64,000 bases of DNA from NCBI RefSeq assembly GCF_022045235.1, contig NW_027266341.1:56296001-56360000 (forward strand), in the 5' to 3' direction. The first letter of the stretch is position 1; each line of letters starts with the position of its first letter. The position numbers and the translations under genes were made by a program. This document shows, in pieces, positions 54,872 through 64,000 of this stretch. The notes beneath the pieces were generated by a model that saw only the letters and a list, made by a program, of their open reading frames with translations, made no database searches and was not told the DNA's origin. The DNA is from Haliotis cracherodii (Eukaryota).

Positions 54872-56267
54872 ATGAAGGTAAGATACCATTGTACCGATAC
54901 AGTCATGCAAACATCTAATGTGTTTTCTCAGTCAAGTTCGATGCGTTTAAATATCGACACTGTTTGTTCTAATTCAATCAATTTCAATTCTTAACTACAC
55001 TCTCTTGTCTAAAAGTTTAACAACCGCTTGTAACTAAGTTGGGATAACTCAGTATATTAAGGTAAAGCAAAGCACGGGTTACACAGATGTGATGCACAGT
55101 GATGTGGGTTGGTTAAGCAAATGACAAGGAAAGGAACATCTGCAGCAATCAATTGATTCGTATTTGATGTACAGCGAAATCTCAATAATCTGTACACAGT
55201 TTTCCTTGACGAATCAGATTCTGTGTTTACAAAAATAAGATCACTCACCTGACGACAAGCGGTGATGTGTTTTGTGCAAAGAGTATATCATTTCATTGTA
55301 CATAGTTTATGTTCGTAACGTAATCACACCAATAAACTGCATTGCGAAAGAAAGTGTAAACTCATGTTTGATTCTAGCTGCAAATGAAGCAAACAATAAG
55401 TTGTCATTCGATAGTGATGTATCGATACAGGTATGAAAGTTGTGTTTTGGACTTCACGTCTGCAGTGTTTCCGTGACTGTTTGCAGCCTTGTAACGTTTG
55501 GATAACGTTTGTTAAAAAGATTGTCAAATTGAAGATACGAGGTTCACAAAGTTTGTGCATTTGCTTTTATATATATAAAACCGTGTTTGAATTTTGAACT
55601 CTAATGTATTTGTTATATTCAGACCGTCATCGCTGCGTTGTCCCTGCTAGTAGCTTCTGCGTTGGCCCAGGTACCTTTCGGAACTGGATCCTTCGGAGTC
55701 GGCACTGTCGGTGTTGCTGGTACAGGCTATGGTTACAACCCATACAACAAGAACCATGGTTACAACAGCTATGGCTACGGTAAAGGCGTTGGAAAAGTCG
55801 GTGTTGCCGGTCCATTCGTTGCTGGACATGGAGTTGGTCTTGTTGGACATGGACATGGACCTTTCGTTGGTCATGCTGGTTCATTCGCAGGAAACGGACC
55901 CTTTGTTGCTGGAAAGGGACACGGCTACGGCTACAACACCTACAACGGAGTTGGGAATGGAGTTGGCCTTGTAGGAAATGGACTCCTTGGACACACCGGA
56001 AACGGCCTCGCAGGACCCCTCGCAGTCGGACACGGTGTTGCTGGTCAGGGAAGTGGCTATGGTTACAACCCCTACAACAACAACTACGGCTACGGTAAGA
56101 ACGTCGGACATGGAGCTGGTCTTGTAGGAAATGGATTTGCTGGACATGGACCTTTCGTCGGACACGGAGATGCCGGACACGGTGTTTATGGACATGGTGG
56201 ACCCTTTGTTGGTCATGGAGTTGCTAGGTCCTTCGACGGCAAAGCCGCTCCCTATTACTACCAGTAG
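54872..56267 (+). CDS. Secreted Gly/Tyr/His-rich structural protein, gene 9 (type III), 216 aa; exons 54872-54877 + 55623-56267
   Basis: ATGAAG|GTAAG; acceptor TTCAG at 55622; 745-nt intron; ends KAAPYYYQ; AATAAA at 56347. Confidence 0.92.
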
Positions 56268-59200
56268 AGGCGTATGCTTGTCATGCCTGATGTATGAGTG
56301 TTTTTGTACTTTATTGATATGTTTTTGTATCAATTAACGAATGGGCAATAAATCTGACGTTACATGTATGTTGTATTATTCAATGGTTGTGTATATTGTG
56401 GTAGTTGTATTACATGTATTCTCTAGACTTGGAGTCAGTATGATATTTCTGAGTGGATATTCATGTTGAACTGCGGCATGGTATCTGAGTGGGCTAGCAC
56501 TGTAAAATCGGCATTATTCCGGTACAAGCAGCAACACACACACAAACGCACACACACGCACACACACACACCCACACACACACATACACACACACACACA
56601 TTCATACACGCACGCACGCATGCATACAACTACTTAAGCGCAATAATCTTGAAGCAGACGTTAAACGCCGTTTCACCTCACCTCAACTGAATTTATGAAT
56701 GTTGTGCATGTAAATGTATTGTTATCCCAGCATAAGAAAAGTGCAATACACTTATATATAATATAACAATAGTTATAACACTGGTGTGCAGACAGAGAAT
56801 TCCCCTGTGACATAGTTACGTCAACGAAACCAATGTCATGCACTGACTCATGCGCCTCATTCAATATGGTTTCCTGTCCCCTGTGTGCTTGCGATAGCTT
56901 GACGATATTCAGAGATGGATTAACACATCTCTTGGTCTCTTTCGATAAACTGATTTTCATCCAAACGCGTATATCGATATAACTCTTGGTTCTGTAATGT
57001 TACTTCTTTATGAATGGTGATACTTTCATATATTCCACGACAGATTAAGCAGGTGTGTGGCAATGTCAAAGCGAGGGACAGAAATACTATTTAGGGTGTC
57101 GAACTTAGCGTACTTCAATGTGATGAGGGGGCACAGGTGGCCCAGTCTTCTAAGGCGACGCTTTTCTGAGTTGCGTTTCTTAGCTGCGCCAGAAACCTGT
57201 GGTCGGGGCTTTGGGCGTTCGTCCACATCATCAAGGTGACACGCAGTGACACAACAGAAATACTTTTCAATGCGGTATTAAACCAAACTCACTCACTTGA
57301 CGATGTTGGTCGCCCGCCACTTCCATTGCATTTGTATAATAATTATTTGTATGTATTGTGTTTTTAGTAAGATGCCTTCAACTTAATAACTGTTACATTT
57401 GAAATGAAACAAATCAAAGTGTTGGTTCAAACTTGTGTAACATCACATGTCTTTATCTATTGGAACTGAACTTAAACTGGCCTGATGCCAGATCTACGTT
57501 ACCCACACACGATACCGGAAAATGACAACTGACGTTTCTAGGCTTGTACCCATTGTGACAAATACATTGATGTCATGTATCATAAAGAAAACAATAAGTT
57601 GTATTTTCCTATATTGAACAAAGTTCCCGAAATTAAGATACCATATCTACGGCAAAGTGTATAGATCGTACATAACTGTAGAAATGAAGCTGAATGTCCA
57701 GATCCTACACCTCTTTAAATTATAAACCTGAGAAGGATCGGAAGAGGAAAGAATCTTTGCCCTGTGTCAAATGTATTTGTCTTACTCATCAATAATTATT
57801 AAATTTACTTCCATTAACCAGTTCGTGTATCGAACATTTGTTTTGTTAACTTCTTAATTAAAATCTTTTTGAGTGTTTAGATAAAACACGTAGTACATGG
57901 AGACATTTATCTTACTTGTGATATGATAAATCGCTTTATCCGAAAAGCAGTGATAATTGATGAAACCGGGCTTGTCTACCACACAAAATTCAGATTCAAA
58001 TTATGCAGACCAACAAGGAGGGTACGAGTTCATATTTATTTACACGTGTCAGGATATTTTATCAATGTCAAGATGACAGGACAATGTACGTACAACTAAT
58101 CGTTTTGCAAACAATTGAAACAGACACATCTTTGACAGCTAAAGTTCCAGTCATTTTAACGGAGTGATTTTCCAGAGATTTATAAATAAGCATTTCCCAC
58201 CAATTGTGGGCATCTTGGTTTAAAAATGGGAGATAATGGGTACAGGCCCTATATAGGTACCCTGAACAAGAATTGAAGCAACAGAGCAATAGTGTCTACC
58301 CATCTGGAAATAAACCCTATGAAAATGGTCCAGTGTAGTAACAGCCACATTAACAGTGTGTATGTTACGAAATATTCGGATTTTGAAAAAAGAACCTAGG
58401 TCTGTTTTACAATTGAATATCAATTCCTTTTAATCATATCAGAGGTTCTAATTTGAGTGAACTATGCAACGTGCTCCAGCTATAGCGTCTGGGTAGTCAA
58501 ATGCCTTTATTTGTTATTTCAGGGATCAATGATAATCATATATATGTATAAGAGATGCAGTTTCTCTCGGAATCGAAACAAATATATTTGGCAATCAAGA
58601 ATTTGTGTCCAGTATTGAATACCAATGTACATGCAGTAAATTTAATTCGAAACAGATTCTGCAGAATGACTCGTGTATTTCTCTTACGTTACTTGATAAA
58701 ATAATCATCACGACACTTGTGTAATTAAACATTAACCTGAAATAGATAGTAAATGTTGTATTTTAGCCATATGGTAACACAAAGGTTTTTCTACATTGCT
58801 GTTTGACTTTACATTTTCCTTTTGTAGTTGTATAGAAATGTGTCCCTTAATTAAGTCGTGCCATGATTCTATGGTTGTGGGTTCGACTACCAGATTCGGC
58901 CTGATTATACGAGGAAACACCGATGATAACCTTTCAACAAATTATGGCGCTGTGTATGCTCAAACATTGGCTTTTTATATCATTATACTTTACCTGCATA
59001 TATTACAGGTATTAAACGTTTGCAGCAAAGCTGTATCGTAAAGGTATATTGTATCTTAAAGAAGCTTAAGCCAGTCTTATTAGGTTTAATTCTACACCAC
59101 ATGTCACTATTATGACGCCACGCCGCTCATTAAGACGCAAAAGCGAAAAGTTCAAGCTCTCTCTAATTCCTAAAACTTGGAATACACTCTCTTTATCGAT

Positions 59201-62200
59201 TTCGATCGAGTTTTCTGACCGAAATGTACTCCCCCACACACATGAAATAACAATGCTTTTAACCAATTATTTTGCATTTCATTATTTCAAAATACCTAAC
59301 TACCGACAATGATTATGGAAGAAATACTTTCCTATAAATGTACGCTTTCGCGGTGATGCGGAGGTTAGCCAGCTGTTTCATTCAAAAGTGGATATGTTAT
59401 TTGAAATCTCTGATTGACCAATCAGAATCGAGTATTTTCCATATTCAGGGTAGAATGATAATATCATTAAGACTTTGTCGGGCTATGATAATGAAGCAAG
59501 CACTTTACTTATCATTAATCGTAACTGCATGGTTTATGTATCCTTTTACAAAACCAAGCGTGAGCCAATTTCAAGTCTGGGTCATGTTGCTCAACGCCGC
59601 ATTCAACACCATTGAAGTAATATCACGGCGGGAACAAGACGGAAGTGGCTTCGGGCTTTGTACTCATACAAACAAGTGACTGAAAGCGTGAGCAACGGTT
59701 CATGTTATCGGGGAGGATGACTCGCAATCAGCCAAGTCACGGAACATGACCAACCGATCAATTTCATATATGTATACGACACTTACGACAATCATGAGAT
59801 ACTGGGGATATTTTCTTCCCGGAATAGCCGCGAAGTCCAGGTTATATGAAACGTAGGTATATTTGTCTGTCAAAACGTCCAACGACGGAAAACAAGGGTT
59901 TGGCCTTAAGAAACTAGTATCAGTAAACAAATAATACATGTAGAGCCAAACACCGTTGTGTCGAACTTTGAAATGCCGAACTATTGTCTCGAAGTACAAG
60001 CATGGTCCTGCATATTCCTTCTTTATTGATCATTTTCTGTTGTCTTAAATCTCGGATAACTCGAAACATTTACGTAGGTCCCTTCAACTTCGACACAACA
60101 GTGTTTGACTGTATGCCAATCCACCTTGCTAAAACTATCTTACTTCCGCAAAGTTTTCTTTCATTATAGTTGTTACCCTTTTTAGAAGGATGTTGGCCAC
60201 AGACGTAACTTTGTTTCTATTTAATCTCTCGAAGGGGCGATACCGTCTCGGTGATTTAGTGGATGAAGCCTCTGTCCAGAGAGTTGAATGTCGGTGGTTC
60301 GATCCCTTGACTGCGTCAAAGGAGTCGGTACTTGTTGCCCTGTTTGACGCTCGGCATTTAAAGTATGAAACATGACTGATCTGCCTCGAGTCAGTATAAT
60401 GTGTCTGAGTGGAGTATCGAATCAGAGAACGCTCTTGTTTCTGAGTTGTCTAAGCTGTAAAACCGACATAAGCCTGCACTGGTACTAGCAGCCACAAACT
60501 TGCATTCACGTCGCTGAGTGAGTGAAATAATCATGAATGTGACGTTAAAACCCCATTTCACCCCACCTCGCTTCCACCAAAACAAATCAATCCATTACAC
60601 TTGAAGAACAGCATATTTAGAGATTATACAACCCTTCGTTGATCTGGATGTGAAATTGACATCCATTTTGGTCAGTTGTATATCGACATCCCTGTTCATC
60701 AACGACTTATAATGAAACATACAATCATGAAAATCAAGATGTCTCATATTCATTTTGAAGAACGTCTTTCAATGGTTAATTGAAAATGCAAATAATATTC
60801 CTCGGCATTAAAGAGAAGCTTCATTTTTCATGGCAAGAAATATTACTTTAAAGCTATAAAGGTGACAACCTCACATTTCTTTTCGCCACATAACCCTTTT
60901 TGTCTCCCATAAACGAATGCATGCAGGGTATTAAACAACGCATGCACCGTGTTAAAGTCAAGTAATCATGTAAACTGGAGCGATAGTCTTTCAAGACTAT
61001 CATGGCCAGCCCCGAGGAAACCTTGACCCAAAAGGAGTCAATGCAACAAAACTAATACATTCAACACAACGTTTATGGGATATTTCGTTAATTTAATTAT
61101 GAACTATTCAGGTCGAAACTAACGCTGTGAATTTGCATACCTTCATGTATACCACATCTCGTTAAAGATTTAAGCCTGCGAATATTGTCTCGACACCGAG
61201 GGCAGTCCCAATAGAGTCGAGCGTATTGCCCCGGGCTAGAAATCTATCCCACGTCATCAAAAGTTCACTTCAACTTGAGCACATTTTTGAAGAAAGCATT
61301 GTAGAATGTTTTGACCATGAACTTTTTAGACCTAAGTTTGTTTCAAACATTTGACTAAATATATAATTTTACTTTATTAACTTAACTGAACTTCAAACCA
61401 TTGTATGTGTACAATTTATCACTAAATGACCTCACATTTGTCAGAAAGTGTTTAACCACAACGCAAGACAATCAGTTTGTTCGTTTGTTGTTTAACGCCG
61501 CACTCAGCTATATTGCAGCTCTATGGCGGTGGTCTGTAAATAATCGAGTCTGGATCAGACAATCCAGTGATTGATATCATGATCGATCTGCTACCACTAC
61601 AACAACTACTTCTGCTGCCGCTAATACTACTTTTGCCTATTACCTCCAGTTGTTATTGGACTCACCCATGTAAAAAGAAATAAATGAATTGTCTTATGTT
61701 TACAAACATGAAAACTGAATGTATCATTTTGAATTTCAAAATGGATTAAGGTTGCCATGGGACCAATGACCAGGACTTCTTGCAGATGACACCATGTTAG
61801 GAAGAAGAAATCTACCGGAGTTGCAGATCTAGAGTCTATTACAAATAGTTTATGCGTATGCAATTAAGTGAAGGCTAAATTCAACCTAAAGTTCTGTTAA
61901 GAAATACATGTGCACATTTCTTGGGGGTTTTAAACTTCACGAGAAAGACAACAGCCGATCAAACTCAACACTTGAAGGTACAAAACTTGTGTGGAGAATA
62001 CCGAATAGGTTTATTGGTGTCAAGTATGATATTGGTAGTTTCTTTGGTTGGCTGAACCCCATTCCAGCCTTAAGAGTTATCTTTCCATCTACATGGATCT
62101 GGTGTTTGAAGTAAATTATCGCTTGTGCAGAGTATGAAAGACTGTATCGTAATGCTATAGATAAAACCTAGCTCTAAATATTAAAATCGTGACGAGTTTT

Positions 62201-63366
62201 TATATATTTCAACTATCCCCCAGAAAGTCTCAAAAAGACTGCCGGGTAGAAGAAAGAATAATACCTTGTTTGATGGTTGCTAAAAATGAAACACGAAATG
62301 GTTATTCATGGCTTCACTGTTGATATCCGTATTTGAGTTGATGCTTCATTCTTGATATTGTTCCACTACACGTTTGGGTGATCTTTTTTATTACAATGTT
62401 AGTTTTTCGTGTATGATGTGTCATTTAAATTTTACATGGATGGATTTTCTTCTGTGTCGTTTTCAAATGTTACTGTGACAGTCATCGTGACCTACACGCA
62501 CTACGGTTACTGCAGAACGGATGACAATACTAGAAGTGTATATGTATACAATAACGCGATTGATTTTTATACACACACATAGTAGCCTTTTAAAAAGGAG
62601 AATATTAACACTTTCACTTCAAATTAGATCCCAAATCTTAACATGCATACAGATCATGTCTATCCATTGTTTTATTTTGCTTGAGTATTTTTTTTACTAA
62701 TTTCTCAAATGCACATTCATGAACAAAACGAAAACACTAATGCCAGTTGAAAATACATAACATTGGATAAAGTTAATTTTGTCTTTCCAGCTTTAAAAAA
62801 TGGATTGGTGTCTTTGTCCCAAGAGGATAAATATTTGAATCGTTGTGTGGCAATCTTCTTTAATGCTGTCGTGGAAGCCCTGAACGTGTGTTATTTGTGC
62901 AGGGAAAGCATGGTGCGATGTCTATGCAGACGCTGCGAAAAGGATTTAAAGAGTTGAAACATACGATAAATGTGTCTAGGTATTTGTTGGAATGTGTGGA
63001 TTTCGCAATTGACGATACAGGAGAATGAAGCATTAGAAATTGACGCTTCTTATTCCTTGTCTTACATAATATATGTATTTGTGTATGTGATGATACATCT
63101 ACTTCTTAAGACCACCACAAGCATATGACATTAAACAAAACGAAGGTAAATGACATCAGGTTCAAACAAATATTGAAATATATTATTAGAATTATAAAAA
63201 AAACATAGATGAAGTTTTTAATAAAATGACAATCATGTCAACAGAATCAAACTCAGATGTATAATTCTTGTTTTAGCTATAACAGTTTGATGATTAAATT
63301 CTCTGACTAATGGCACAACAAACGTTGAGTTACGCAACTGATCACACATTCTCTTATATGATGGGG

Positions 63367-63640
63367 TCACGTGATACATATGTAGCGGTGAAACTAAGGG
63401 GTAAAGATCAAGCTAAGGAGGTATATATGAAGGCAGCACCACAGTGATGGTATCAGTCATCTCAACACTGGTGTATCGTCTAGTCAAGTCTGTTCATCAT
63501 GAAGGTAAGATACCATCAACCGATATAGTCATATTAACATCTTGTCTCTCAGTCAAGTTTGATGTGTTTCAATACACGACACTATTTGTCCTAATTGAAT
63601 TAATTTCAATTCTTAACTAAAACTACTTGTCACAATTTTA
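63367..63640 (+). pseudogene. Tenth paralogue: promoter, exon 1 (ATGAAG 63499-63504) and start of intron only; possibly truncated or orphan
   Basis: 5'UTR and ATGAAG|GTAAG match the other genes. The proximal TCACGTGA is destroyed by a deletion. After ~63650 the sequence becomes a copy of upstream spacer. No exon 2 lies in the window. Confidence 0.55.
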
Positions 63641-64000
63641 CTGTTTAGTGGATGTGTGTATGTTGTAGCATTTCAATTTTACATGTATACATTTTCTTCT
63701 CTATCGTTTTCAAATATTACTGCGATGCACTACGGTTACTGCAGAACGTATGACAACTCTGTAATTGTAAATATACACACATATTGTAGCTTTTCAGAAA
63801 AGAGAGAATTAAAACTTTCACTTCAAATTGGACCCCCAATCTAAAAATGTACATTGGACTTGTCTATCAACTGTTTTATTTTACTTGAGTAGCATTAGTA
63901 ATTTCTCAAATGCACATACATGAATATAACGAGTACACTAATACCAGTTGAAAATACATAACACTGGTTACAGGTTATTTTTCTCTTGGCGGCATAAAAA

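Larger units (their letters stand above)
36834..64000. repeat. More diverged ~8-9-kb single-gene duplication units (genes 7, 8, 9, 10)
   Basis: The same ordered spacer modules recur after each gene: SINE, SINE, MITE, SINE, CCCCGGG module, TAC-rich tract. Confidence 0.8.

Noticed and set aside
57545-58740. Extra ~1.2-kb segment with short minus-strand ORFs, partly shared with ~48860-49130
   Set aside because: No recognisable protein motif or element termini; cannot be supported without a search.

Overview
This is eukaryotic, AT-rich, repeat-laden DNA, most likely molluscan. The SINE families resemble those I associate with abalone/vetigastropods, but that is recall, not a search. Positions 1-5300 look essentially intergenic. 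From about 5.4 kb to the end is a tandem array of nine complete paralogous genes plus a tenth promoter/first exon. They encode small (180-235 aa) secreted, Cys/Trp-free, Gly/Tyr/His/Val/Asn-rich low-complexity proteins ending in K(A/S)xPYYY(H/N/Q). The ORF track starts are wrong: each gene has an ~50-nt first exon whose only coding part is ATG AAG (Met-Lys), then a phase-0 GT-AG intron (404-745 nt), then one large exon carrying the rest of the signal peptide and the mature protein. Three ~10.75-kb units each hold a head-to-head pair (minus-strand type I plus plus-strand type II), followed by ~8-9-kb units with single plus-strand type III genes. All nine complete genes have the same promoter: two TCACGTGA palindromes 42 bp apart (41 in gene 1), a TATA box about 20 bp downstream, and a TCAGTC initiator. 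The C-terminal GHGVY/GHGPF/GNGFA motifs closely resemble the His-rich coacervating proteins of squid beak. The spacers carry shared and copy-specific SINEs, TA-flanked MITEs, a 5'-truncated LINE with target-site duplication, microsatellites and three N gaps.
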